NCBI GenBank assembly: GCA_043805855.1
Contig: JAZDHP010000006.1
Span: 1-15,560, forward strand
Direction of reading: 5' to 3'
DNA from: Candidatus Micrarchaeota archaeon
Lineage (GTDB): Archaea; Micrarchaeota; Micrarchaeia; Norongarragalinales; UBA8480
Length of the DNA stretch: 15,560 bases
The notes under the pieces are model-generated. The model was given only the letters and a program-made list of their open reading frames with translations, did not search any database and was not told the origin of the DNA. Shown piece by piece: positions 1-8,239 of this stretch. The number at the start of each line of letters is the position of its first letter. The stretch's first letter is position 1. A program made the position numbers and the translations under genes.

Positions 1-146
1 GAAAAGCACTAGAACAAAACGTAGTAATCACTCCAGGAACCGGCTTTGGAAAACACGGCGAAGGATACGTACGCTTTGCCCTAACCCAAAACAGCCAAAG
101 GCTAAGAGAAGCAGTTGAACGAATAAACAAAGCAATACACACGTAA
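1..146 (+). CDS. PLP-dependent aminotransferase class I/II (LL-DAP/aspartate aminotransferase-like), 3' end only
   Basis: Not in the ORF track. The frame from nt 3 reads [47 protein letters not shown] (TAA 144-146). PGxGFGxxGEGYVRxAL is the typical C-terminal motif of class I/II aminotransferases. Confidence 0.9.
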   Translation, partial: KALEQNVVITPGTGFGKHGEGYVRFALTQNSQRLREAVERINKAIHT

Positions 147-214
147 CGCAATAATTCCAACTAACCAACACAACAAAAACGTTTTTCTTCTCACGACGGT
201 TAAACTGATAGCAT

Positions 215-1579
215 ATGACCAAGTGGACAAAGTGGTTTTCTCGAGAATACGGAGTACAATACTGTCAATACGGATTTGACTGCGTTGGCAAAACTCAAGA
301 GCGATTCTACGGCGGGTTTGTTACAAACAGCGTAATCATACCAGAACAGAAAAACCAAGCAATGTACATCCAAGCTGAAGAATGGGACAACTTTTTGAAA
401 AAAACACTATTACATTACCCAACAACACGCGATAAAAAACGCTTTTTCAAAGAATTCAAAAAATTTGGGCGTAAGTATGTTTTAACCTCAAAGAAAAGCT
501 CGCGCGGCTTACGCAAGAAAACCAACGCGGAGTTACTGCAAATTTACGAAAATTACTTGCAAATTTTTCTAGATTACACTTCAGGGATAAGCGTAGCATT
601 TAATTTAAACGAAATACTCGGACAAACAGCTGAAGAAATTCTTAACAAAAAACAGGCAAACGCGGAAATCGCAGCTGCGCTGCTTAAACCATCTGAAGAA
701 ACTGAAATTTTCAAACTACAAAAAATTGCTTTTCAACTAAAAACAAGCAAACCTTCACAAGAACAATTGAAAGAAATTGTAAAACAATACAACTGGATGC
801 CTTGCCTAGACATAATGAATGACCCTTGGACAATTCGCGATTTAGAAGAATTCATCGCAAATGCAACAGAACAAAAGCAAACAATACCCGCAAATGAAGC
901 AGCAACACAGCTTGGCCTAAACAAAAAGGAAATTAAATTCTTCGAATTAATGCGCGTCGTTGCATACATTAAAGACTTGCGCGACGAATATCGTAGAAAA
1001 GGAGTTTTTTACAGTAGAAAAATGTACGGCGAAATTGCAAAACGTGCAGGAATAACAACAAAACAAATCGCCTACGCGACAAACGAAGAAATAAAACAAT
1101 TCCTCACAAACAACACGCCTTTTGACTTGAATAAAATAAAAGAAAGGATGAATGGTTTTGCACTTTACAAAGAAAACGACAAATTCATTATTCTAACTGG
1201 AAGCGAAGCGCAGGCGTTTAAACAAAAATGCGGGCTAGATTCACAATACAGTGGCATTTCAAGCGTAAAAGGAATAGTTGGCTCAAATGGAAACTGCACT
1301 GGACCTGCAAAAATAATTCACGGCGTTGAAGATTTGAAAAAAATCAAAAACGGCGACGTAATGATTGCAATTACAACCCACCCAGACTATGTTCCAGCAA
1401 TGCACCTCGCGGTTGGAATTGTTACAGACGAAGGCGGAATAACTTGTCACGCGGCAATTGTATCGCGAGAATTAAAAAAACCATGCATAGTTGGAACGCA
1501 CATTGGAACAAAAACTTTCCAAGACGGCGACGTTGTTGAAGTTAACGGAACAACTGGAGAAGTGAGAAAAATACAATGA
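215..1579 (+). CDS. PEP-utilising enzyme mobile (phospho-His swivel) domain protein with large N-terminal region; no ATP-grasp domain
   Basis: The C-terminal ~100 aa contain GDVMIAITTHPDY...TDEGGITCHAAIVSRELKKPCIVG (phospho-His motif). The stop overlaps the rpe start (ATGA, 1576-1579). Confidence 0.85.
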   Translation: MTKWTKWFSREYGVQYCQYGFDCVGKTQERFYGGFVTNSVIIPEQKNQAMYIQAEEWDNFLKKTLLHYPTTRDKKRFFKEFKKFGRKYVLTSKKSSRGLRKKTNAELLQIYENYLQIFLDYTSGISVAFNLNEILGQTAEEILNKKQANAEIAAALLKPSEETEIFKLQKIAFQLKTSKPSQEQLKEIVKQYNWMPCLDIMNDPWTIRDLEEFIANATEQKQTIPANEAATQLGLNKKEIKFFELMRVVAYIKDLRDEYRRKGVFYSRKMYGEIAKRAGITTKQIAYATNEEIKQFLTNNTPFDLNKIKERMNGFALYKENDKFIILTGSEAQAFKQKCGLDSQYSGISSVKGIVGSNGNCTGPAKIIHGVEDLKKIKNGDVMIAITTHPDYVPAMHLAVGIVTDEGGITCHAAIVSRELKKPCIVGTHIGTKTFQDGDVVEVNGTTGEVRKIQ

Positions 1580-2226
1580 AAAAAACTTCAATAAAAATAA
1601 AAGCTTCTTTCTTAACCGCAACGCGAAATTGGCCGAAGTTGAAAAAACAACTCGCGCCGCTAGTTAACCAAAAATTAATTGACGGCTTTCACGTTGACGT
1701 GATGGATGGCGAATTCGTCGACGAATACACGTTGAACTGGATGAATGAAAAATTCGTAAAGAAATTACACCACGCTTTTCCAAAAATGTTCATCGAAGTA
1801 CACTTGATGACACAATTTCCAGAAAACTACGCTCACGAATTTAGCAACGCTGGCGCACAGCGCATCTGGTACCACGTTGAAGCGTTCCACCACGAAAAAC
1901 TACTCAAGCACAACGCGGGAAAAGCTGAAGTCGCACCTGCAATTTCACCGCATACTCCACTCAGCGTTTTGAAAAAACCAAAAAGCGTCTTAGTGATGGC
2001 TGCACAGCCTGGCAAAGGTGGACAAAAACTACTTCCGGCAACTTACGACCGCGTGAAAAAACTACGTGTAAAGTTTCCAAAGGCAACTATTTCAATTGAC
2101 TGCGGCGTAAATATAGAAAACATAGCGAAGTTACAAAAAGCTGGCGCGAGTGAAGCAGTTGCAGGCAGTACAATTTTCAAAGGAAACCCGACGAAAAACG
2201 CGTTAGAATTAAAGCGCAAAATTTGA
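1576..2226 (+). CDS. rpe: Ribulose-phosphate 3-epimerase
   Basis: Motifs HVDVMDGEFV, EVHLM, VMxxxPGKGGQ, IDCGVN (DGG variant) and VAGSTIF. Lies next to transketolase. Confidence 0.93.
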   Translation: MKKTSIKIKASFLTATRNWPKLKKQLAPLVNQKLIDGFHVDVMDGEFVDEYTLNWMNEKFVKKLHHAFPKMFIEVHLMTQFPENYAHEFSNAGAQRIWYHVEAFHHEKLLKHNAGKAEVAPAISPHTPLSVLKKPKSVLVMAAQPGKGGQKLLPATYDRVKKLRVKFPKATISIDCGVNIENIAKLQKAGASEAVAGSTIFKGNPTKNALELKRKI

Positions 2227-2229
2227 AAC

Positions 2230-2478
2230 TTATTGTTTATCTTTGTGGTACAAATCTAAGAAAATTAGTTTATCTTCAGTTTTAATGTACAAATATGAAA
2301 GCCTAAACGGCGGAACGTACACTTCACGCGTTCCTTTTCGCGAATAACGCATTGGTTTGCCAATTTCTGGAAAATTAACAACTTTAGCAATTTGCTTCTT
2401 GACTTTTGTTTTCAGTGAAGCGTCTTTAATTTTCAAAACTAGCTTTTCAAAAGTAGGTTCAAAAAAGACCGTTACCAT
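2230..2478 (-). CDS. Type II toxin, RelE/ParE family
   Basis: 82 aa and basic, with PEIGKPMR...GTREVYVPPFRLSY...FLDLYHKD, typical of archaeal RelE/ParE toxins. Overlaps the upstream antitoxin by 7 nt. Confidence 0.85.
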   Translation of the reverse strand: MVTVFFEPTFEKLVLKIKDASLKTKVKKQIAKVVNFPEIGKPMRYSRKGTREVYVPPFRLSYLYIKTEDKLIFLDLYHKDKQ

Positions 2479-2750
2479 TTCTCTAGTTCCTTCAAAAATT
2501 CATCTTTATCGCGTTCTTTGAATAACCCGCGTTCGTATCTTTGAAGCGCCGCTTCAGTTCGCTTAGCAAAAAGTAAATCTGCAGCTAAATTCTTATACAA
2601 GTCACTAGCTTTTTTAACTATAAGTTGCCCGTCAAGTTTAATTAAAACTAAACTTTGCCCCTCACTAAAGTCCTTCCGAAACTCTACAGGAATAACAACT
2701 TGCCCCTTTGAACTCATTTTAGTCACTGCAATATTCAACATTTCAACCAC
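2472..2750 (-). CDS. AbrB/MazE/SpoVT-family DNA-binding protein (antitoxin); start may be ATG at 2741
   Basis: KMSSKGQVVIPVEFRK is the swapped-hairpin AbrB motif. Has an acidic C-terminal end (DKDEFLKELEKW) and lies directly upstream of the toxin. Confidence 0.88.
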   Translation of the reverse strand: MVEMLNIAVTKMSSKGQVVIPVEFRKDFSEGQSLVLIKLDGQLIVKKASDLYKNLAADLLFAKRTEAALQRYERGLFKERDKDEFLKELEKW

Positions 2751-2753
2751 ACA

Positions 2754-2769
2754 GTAAGATTGATCTTAC
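2754..2769. promoter_or_regulatory. Palindromic operator, probable TA autoregulation site
   Basis: GTAAGAT-TG-ATCTTAC is a perfect 7-bp inverted repeat between the minus-strand TATA box and the antitoxin start. Confidence 0.7.
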
Positions 2770-2773
2770 CTAA

Positions 2774-2787
2774 AATATAAACCTTTC
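2774..2787 (-). promoter_or_regulatory. BRE-TATA promoter of the TA operon
   Basis: The minus strand reads GAAAGG-TTTATATT, ending 24 nt upstream of GTG 2750. Confidence 0.7.
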
Positions 2788-2810
2788 TACAATCACGTTA
2801 AAGCGCCAAC

Positions 2811-2818
2811 TTTAAATG
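2811..2818 (+). promoter_or_regulatory. TATA box for transketolase (probably leaderless mRNA)
   Basis: TTTAAATG at -30..-23 from ATG 2841, with no SD in between. Confidence 0.55.
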
Positions 2819-2840
2819 TACAAAAAACGTAACGCGTTCT

Positions 2841-3704
2841 ATGCAGTTTAAGAAAGTAACTAGCGAAAAGCAGTTGAAACTAATTGCCAATAGCCTACGC
2901 CAAGACGTTGTGAAGATGTTATGCGAGGCAAAAAGCGGGCACACTGCCGGATCTCTCGGAATGGTAGACGTTTTCACTGCGCTTTACTTCGCTGTGGCAA
3001 ACCACGACCCGAAAAACCCAAAGTGGGACAAGCGCGATAGAGTTGTACTTTCAAACGGCCACATTTGCCCCATTTGGTACGCTACGCTAGCACAGTGCGG
3101 CTACTTTCCAAAAAAACAACTAATGACCTTGCGTAAACTCGGTTCTCCTTTACAGGGGCACCCACATTACGGCGAAGTACCTGGAGTTGAAAACAGCGGC
3201 GGGCCACTATCGCAGGGCATTTCAATTGCAATTGGCATGGCGCTAGCCGCGCGAATGAACAACGAAGAGCACACGATTTACTGTTTGACAAGCGACGGCG
3301 AACACGACGAAGGCCAGTACTGGGAAGCACTAATGTTTGCAGGTAACCACCACCTAGATAATTTATGCGTCGTTGTTGACCGCAATTATATTCAAATCGA
3401 CGGCAACACAGAAGAAATAAACGCACTGCAGCCACTAAAAGAAAAATACCAAGCGTTCAAATGGAACGTAATTGAAGTAAAAGGCAATGAAGTTAGCCAC
3501 GTTGTAAGCGCGTTGCAAAACGCTGGAAAAGCAAAAGGCAAACCAACAGTAATAATTGCAAACAACATTCCAGGCAAAGGAGTTTCCTTCATTCAAAATC
3601 GATTCGAGTGGCACGGCAAAGCACCAAACGAAAAAGAAGCTGCAATTGCGCTGAAAGAATTGGAAAGCGAAAGAAAACAAATACAAGCCGAAAAAATCCT
3701 ATAG
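2841..3704 (+). CDS. tkt: Transketolase, N-terminal (ThDP-binding) subunit
   Basis: Motifs SGHTAGSLG, RDRVVLSNGH, LQGHP, SDGEHDEGQYWEA...N (ThDP motif), GKGVSF and WHGKAP. Confidence 0.96.
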   Translation: MQFKKVTSEKQLKLIANSLRQDVVKMLCEAKSGHTAGSLGMVDVFTALYFAVANHDPKNPKWDKRDRVVLSNGHICPIWYATLAQCGYFPKKQLMTLRKLGSPLQGHPHYGEVPGVENSGGPLSQGISIAIGMALAARMNNEEHTIYCLTSDGEHDEGQYWEALMFAGNHHLDNLCVVVDRNYIQIDGNTEEINALQPLKEKYQAFKWNVIEVKGNEVSHVVSALQNAGKAKGKPTVIIANNIPGKGVSFIQNRFEWHGKAPNEKEAAIALKELESERKQIQAEKIL

Positions 3705-3719
3705 GTAATAATTACAAAC

Positions 3720-4703
3720 ATGAAATTAAATAAAAAAATGAAACTGGCAAACGCGTCGCAAAGCGCGGAAAAGAAGTCAACTCGCGACGGCTACGGCAAA
3801 GCAATGGTAGAACTAGGTGAAAAGAACAAAAATGTTGTTGCGCTGTGCGCGGATTTAACCGAATCAACTCGTTTAGAGTGGTTCAAAGAAAAATTTCCTG
3901 AACAGTTTATTGAAACAGGCGTAGCTGAACAAAACATGCTCGGCATGGCTGCAGGCCTAGCGCTAAGTGGAAAAATTCCATTCGCAAGTTCATTCGCAGT
4001 GTTCTCACCAGGAAGAAACTGGGACCAACTACGCGTCGGCGTTTGCTATACAAATGCAAATGTAAAAATTGCAAGTAGCCACGCTGGCTTAACTGTCGGC
4101 GAAGACGGAGCAACCCACCAAGCACTTGAAGACATTGCAATAACCCGTGTTTTACCTAATTTAAAAGTAATTGTACCTTGCGATTTCGAACAAGCGAAAA
4201 AAGCGACAATTGCAGCTGCAAAAGACAAATCACCTTGCTATTTGCGCTTCGGCAGGGAAAAAATGCCACAAGTTACAACTGAAAACACTCCATTCGTAAT
4301 TGGAAAAGCCGATATTTACGTTGAGGGAAGCGACGTTGCAATAATTGCATGCGGAATAATGGTAAACGAAGCACTCAGTGCAGCGAAAATGCTAGAAAAG
4401 AAAAAAATAAACGCTGCTGTTGTAAATTTACACACGATAAAACCACTTGACGAAAGTACAATTATTTCAATTGCAAAGAAATGCGGCGTCGTAATTACAG
4501 TTGAAGAACATCAAATGAACGGCGGAATGGGAAGCGCAGTTGCGGAGCTATTAAGCGAAAATTACCCAATTCCATTGAAACGCATTGGTGTACGCGATTC
4601 ATTCGGAGAAAGCGGAACACCAGAACAGCTTCTTGCAAAATACGGCTTAAATGCTGAAAATATCGCGAAAAGTGCTGAAAATATTTTGAAATTAAAAAAA
4701 TAA
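3720..4703 (+). CDS. tkt: Transketolase, C-terminal subunit
   Basis: Motifs TRDGYG, ADLTEST, GVAEQNM, HAGLTVGEDGATHQALED, TIKPLD and VEEHQMNGGMGSAV. Confidence 0.96.
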   Translation: MKLNKKMKLANASQSAEKKSTRDGYGKAMVELGEKNKNVVALCADLTESTRLEWFKEKFPEQFIETGVAEQNMLGMAAGLALSGKIPFASSFAVFSPGRNWDQLRVGVCYTNANVKIASSHAGLTVGEDGATHQALEDIAITRVLPNLKVIVPCDFEQAKKATIAAAKDKSPCYLRFGREKMPQVTTENTPFVIGKADIYVEGSDVAIIACGIMVNEALSAAKMLEKKKINAAVVNLHTIKPLDESTIISIAKKCGVVITVEEHQMNGGMGSAVAELLSENYPIPLKRIGVRDSFGESGTPEQLLAKYGLNAENIAKSAENILKLKK

Positions 4704-4765
4704 TGTAAAAAACAACTAATTTTTACCTCTAGAAAAATATTTTTACAAATTTCTGAAAAAAATTG

Positions 4766-4780
4766 CGAAACGCTTTTATT
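4766..4780 (+). promoter_or_regulatory. Putative BRE-TATA promoter for the micro-ORF
   Basis: CGAAA-cgc-TTTTATT. The predicted TSS (~4803) lies upstream of SD GAGGTGA (4820-4826). Confidence 0.5.
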
Positions 4781-4833
4781 CTAACTCTGTATTACAATTG
4801 TATCTAGAAAACCCCAAACGAGGTGAAAATAAA

Positions 4834-4887
4834 TTGGCAGCAAAGAAAAAAGGCAAAGGTAAAGCAAAAGCAAAGAAGAAACGCTAA
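4834..4887 (+). CDS. 17-aa Lys-rich microprotein MAAKKKGKGKAKAKKKR (TTG start)
   Basis: Strong SD GAGGTGA 7 nt before TTG 4834 and TAA at 4885-4887. It occupies a 350-nt gap with no other gene, with a promoter-like element upstream and T-tracts downstream. Confidence 0.7.
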   Translation: MAAKKKGKGKAKAKKKR

Positions 4888-4910
4888 ATAAAACGCAATT
4901 ATACGGAAAT

Positions 4911-4978
4911 AAACGCGTATATTTTTGATGCAACATTTTTTTCTCAACACGCGTTTCAATCTATCCTTTTCATTTTTT
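4911..4978 (+). terminator. Putative terminator after the micro-ORF
   Basis: AAACGCGT (4911-4918) / ACGCGTTT (4949-4956) inverted repeat enclosing T7 (4936-4942), with further T-runs to 4978. Confidence 0.4.
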
Positions 4979-5053
4979 AATATTTTTCACAGAAAAACCA
5001 AAATAAACTCATTCTACAAGTGCATTTTTTAACAAATATTACCTTAACTAGTC

Positions 5054-5770
5054 ATGGCGAAAGTTGTACTTGTATGGAACGAACACCCGACGGAAGTCGT
5101 AGCTGGTTTCCACGCGAGGAAAGTTGCGCAAATTCTACGAGAAAAATACGGACACGAAGTTGTAGTTGAAAAAATACCCGCAGCTGAAACTAATTATGGA
5201 ATAGCTAGAAAAATTCCAACTAGCAGAAAAAAAGCATCAACAAAAGTAGCTATACAAGCTATACTGCAGAGACTAGGCCAACGAGATTCAACATTGAAAC
5301 TAACCCAGAAAATGGCGCTAAAACACAATGCAATGGCATTTAACTTTCACGCCTCTGGAGCGCTAGCACTTGGCGAAGCACTTATAAGAAGAGCCAGTGC
5401 CTTTAGAATTGGAAAACTTATTGCATCTGATGAATTAAACTCAAGAACTACCTCGCCATATGAAATTGAATTCCATCAAAAACCAAACAAGCCATATGCC
5501 ATATCTATTGAAATGCCGGGAATGCTTTTTTGGTTACGCGGAAGCGTCGGAAAAAGAAATAAACAGCAAATAAAAAAAGCACAAAAAGAATTACTTGACT
5601 TGCAATATAACATGCATAACCCATTTGGCGCAGGCGCTAGCTTGCACGCCGATTACCAAAGAAACGTAATGAGACTCACTAGCCGAGCACAACGCAAATA
5701 CATTTCTCCAATTATTTCCGAAAAAATCGCAGCAGCGATACACGAACGAATAACAGCTAGGCGAGCATAA
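5054..5770 (+). CDS. Hypothetical protein, possible M14/succinylglutamate-desuccinylase-like Zn hydrolase fold
   Basis: 238-aa ORF with a TATA-like TTTTTTAA at 5025-5032. Has HxxE (HPTE) after an N-terminal beta strand, then FNFH and SIE motifs. Confidence 0.6.
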   Translation: MAKVVLVWNEHPTEVVAGFHARKVAQILREKYGHEVVVEKIPAAETNYGIARKIPTSRKKASTKVAIQAILQRLGQRDSTLKLTQKMALKHNAMAFNFHASGALALGEALIRRASAFRIGKLIASDELNSRTTSPYEIEFHQKPNKPYAISIEMPGMLFWLRGSVGKRNKQQIKKAQKELLDLQYNMHNPFGAGASLHADYQRNVMRLTSRAQRKYISPIISEKIAAAIHERITARRA

Positions 5771-5828
5771 ACAAAATAGAAAGTAAAAGACAGAAAATAA
5801 AAGAAAAAATAACTGGAAATTTAGTCGC

Positions 5829-6068
5829 TTATTTCAATCCAAGCGCTTTTTTGATTTCTGGGACGTCGAAGCCTGGAATTACCGTGCCGTCAATGTCAAT
5901 AACAGGCACGCCGGTTTGGCCGCTTTTTTGAATCATTTCCTTCGCTTTCGCGTGGTCTGAACTAACATCATACTCGACGTATTTTACATTATTCTGCTTT
6001 AAGAAATCTGCAGCCATGTGGCAATAGGGACACATTGGAGTCGAGTAAAGAATTACCTTGCTAACCAT
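5829..6068 (-). CDS. Glutaredoxin-like protein (NrdH/YruB type)
   Basis: YSTPMCPYC active site and SGQTGVPVIDIDG...GFD. SD GAGGTG at 6084-6079. Confidence 0.95.
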   Translation of the reverse strand: MVSKVILYSTPMCPYCHMAADFLKQNNVKYVEYDVSSDHAKAKEMIQKSGQTGVPVIDIDGTVIPGFDVPEIKKALGLK

Positions 6069-6137
6069 TTGTAAACAACACCTCTTGCTAGAGAAGAGCA
6101 GAAAGAGAAATAAAAAGGTAACCTTGAACTACTGCAT

Positions 6138-7379
6138 TTAACTGAACAGTACTTTAAGGTAGAACATTGGCGAGTAGAAGATGTCGCGGTTGCTTGGGTT
6201 CAACAAAGAGTTAGAAATCGCCTCTTGAACTGTTTTGCTCCTTGAAGCCTTATCTATTATTAGATTTAGCAAGAAAGTGTTTTGGCCCATTTTTTGCATC
6301 TTGTAACTGGTTTTCAGCTCGGTGCCAACTTCCTTCCATAGCGTATCTTCGTAATCCTTTAACGACGCGGCGCTGAAGTCGTTCTTTGCAAATGCTTTTA
6401 CAATGCTTTCAGCTGCGATTTTTCCACTTGTCAACGCGTTGCCAATTCCTTCGCCAGTAAATGGATCAATTAAAGAAGCAGCGTCTCCAACGAGGATAAA
6501 CCCATTGCCGTGTGCTTTCTTGTGCTTTGAACCAACTGGAAGTGACCAACTGCGAATTGGAGAAATTAGCTTAGCATCTTTGAATCTTTCCTTGAACAAT
6601 GGATTGTTGTCCATTGCTTTTTGCATTGCTTCTTGCAAGTTTACTTTCTTCGCTTTCATGTCGCGCACAATCATACCAGCGCCGACGTTTGCCATGCCAT
6701 TTGCCTCTGGAAAGATCCAGAAATAACCAGGAATTAGTTCGTCAACAAAATGAAGTTCAATTGTATCATTTAAATCTTTGACGCCCGAATAGTAAGCGCG
6801 CACTGCAACGATTTGATGGTTGTCGTCAAAGTTATCGTACTTAACTTTGTTGCTAATTACAGAAGCTGCACCGTCGGCACCAACTACTACTTTTGCTTTG
6901 AAAGAGTATTTCTTTTTGGTTTGCAGGTCAATTCCAGTAACCCCAACTACTTGATCTCCCTCTAATAGTAAGTCACTTACTTGAAATTGTTCAAAAGTGT
7001 GGCTGTATTTCTTTGCGTTTTGGAATATGACATTGTCGAAAACTTCGCGTCGTGCAACGAACCCCGGCGGTTTGTCGCCTTCCTTTCCGCGCGACGGAAT
7101 TTTAACAACTCGACCTTTTGGAGATGAAAATGTAACGCCGTACATTTTAATGTGTTCAGCTTTTTCCATTGCTGGCATTACACCTAGCTCTTGTAAAACC
7201 TTGAGGGATTTACCGCTGATGCCGTCACCGCAGATCTTATCACGCGGGAATTTAGCTTTGTCAATAAGTAAAACGTTTTTCCCAGCTTTTGCAAGGAAAG
7301 TAGCACATGAAGAGCCTGAAGGCCCAGCGCCTACAATTATAACGTCAAATTCTTGTCCGTCAACAAAACCACTAAACAT
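6138..7379 (-). CDS. Geranylgeranyl reductase family FAD-dependent oxidoreductase
   Basis: Motifs DVIIVGAGPSGS, PRDKICGDG, GADGAAS, PGYFWIFP and LVGDAASLIDPFTGEGIGNAL. Confidence 0.92.
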   Translation of the reverse strand: MFSGFVDGQEFDVIIVGAGPSGSSCATFLAKAGKNVLLIDKAKFPRDKICGDGISGKSLKVLQELGVMPAMEKAEHIKMYGVTFSSPKGRVVKIPSRGKEGDKPPGFVARREVFDNVIFQNAKKYSHTFEQFQVSDLLLEGDQVVGVTGIDLQTKKKYSFKAKVVVGADGAASVISNKVKYDNFDDNHQIVAVRAYYSGVKDLNDTIELHFVDELIPGYFWIFPEANGMANVGAGMIVRDMKAKKVNLQEAMQKAMDNNPLFKERFKDAKLISPIRSWSLPVGSKHKKAHGNGFILVGDAASLIDPFTGEGIGNALTSGKIAAESIVKAFAKNDFSAASLKDYEDTLWKEVGTELKTSYKMQKMGQNTFLLNLIIDKASRSKTVQEAISNSLLNPSNRDIFYSPMFYLKVLFS

Positions 7380-7468
7380 ATTTACAAAAACACACCTTGT
7401 AATAATAGTTAATTATACCAAAATTTAAAACAATAAAGAAGTTAAACCTTTACCAAATACTCGGTTTT

Positions 7469-8236
7469 TCACCTTTTTAACGCCCTTTTAGCAACTCCAG
7501 TGAATTCCACGTCGCTGTCTTTCAACGTGCGGAACGGTTGTGCTGTTAGAGATTCTTCCAAAACGTGTGCCGCAATGCCTGCACTTCTTGCCAACGCGAA
7601 GAAACCCTTACCAAACTTATAATCAATACCCAATTCGCACAACAACGCAGCAACTGCGCCGTCAACATTTAAACATAGTTTCTTGCCGCTTGTTTTCTCC
7701 AACGCTTTTTCAAAATCCTCTGCAAATTTACAGTACTTGCCATAAATTTTATTCTCCTTCGCGATTTGGAACAACTTTTGAGTACGCGGGTCGATTGTGT
7801 AAACCTTATGTCCATAGCCTGGAGCGCGTTTCTTCTCTTTTTTCAACTCAATTGCAACTTTTTCTGGGTCAACGGCAACGTTTTCCATGAATAATTTCGC
7901 CGCGTTGTCAATTGCACCACCGTGATAATCCCCAATTGAAAGAATACCAGCGGCCATAGCGCTGTTAAAAGTGTTTCCAGCTGAATACGCATAGCGCGCT
8001 GCAACAATTGACGGAACGTTAATGCGATGCTCTGCACACGCTACTAACATGGCGTCGAGAACCTGCCGCTGTTCCTTTGATGGCAATTCACCTTTGATAA
8101 GAAGATAAATTTGCTCAGTGAAAGTGACTTTGCCGATTAAATCTTCCAAGTTATAGCCGCGAATGTAACTCTTCTCGTCAACATGCTGAGAAATAGCAGT
8201 TTTAAAAGACTTTTCTTCAGTTTTCTTTTCAGTCAT
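7469..8236 (-). CDS. ccl: Citryl-CoA lyase (stand-alone citrate-synthase-like domain)
   Basis: 255 aa with IRGYNLEDLIG, EHRINVPS, HGGA, PGYGHKVY..DPR, NVDG and ARSAGIAAH. Too short for citrate synthase and co-operonic with CoA-ligase subunits. Confidence 0.88.
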   Translation of the reverse strand: MTEKKTEEKSFKTAISQHVDEKSYIRGYNLEDLIGKVTFTEQIYLLIKGELPSKEQRQVLDAMLVACAEHRINVPSIVAARYAYSAGNTFNSAMAAGILSIGDYHGGAIDNAAKLFMENVAVDPEKVAIELKKEKKRAPGYGHKVYTIDPRTQKLFQIAKENKIYGKYCKFAEDFEKALEKTSGKKLCLNVDGAVAALLCELGIDYKFGKGFFALARSAGIAAHVLEESLTAQPFRTLKDSDVEFTGVAKRALKR

Positions 8237-8239
8237 TTT

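Noticed and set aside
1526..1542. 17-nt exact repeat GGCGACGTTGTTGAAGT, also at 12460-12476
   Set aside because: It encodes the conserved GDVVEV in two paralogues and is explained by protein conservation and codon bias.
215..1579. PEP synthase/PPDK or a pseudogene fragment of one (also 11122..12513)
   Set aside because: Both ORFs are intact, similar in length and share an N-terminal region unlike PpsA/PPDK domains.
4823..4891. Alternative-frame 22-aa ORF from GTG 4823 (VKINWQQRKKAK...)
   Set aside because: Its GTG is part of the SD itself and has no upstream SD. The TTG 4834 frame has ideal spacing and an MA start.
5771..5828. A-rich, purine-biased intergenic stretch
   Set aside because: It is adequately explained as T-tract termination for the convergent minus-strand glutaredoxin gene.
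7469..8236. Citrate synthase call
   Set aside because: At 255 aa it is much shorter than citrate synthases, and its size and context fit citryl-CoA lyase.
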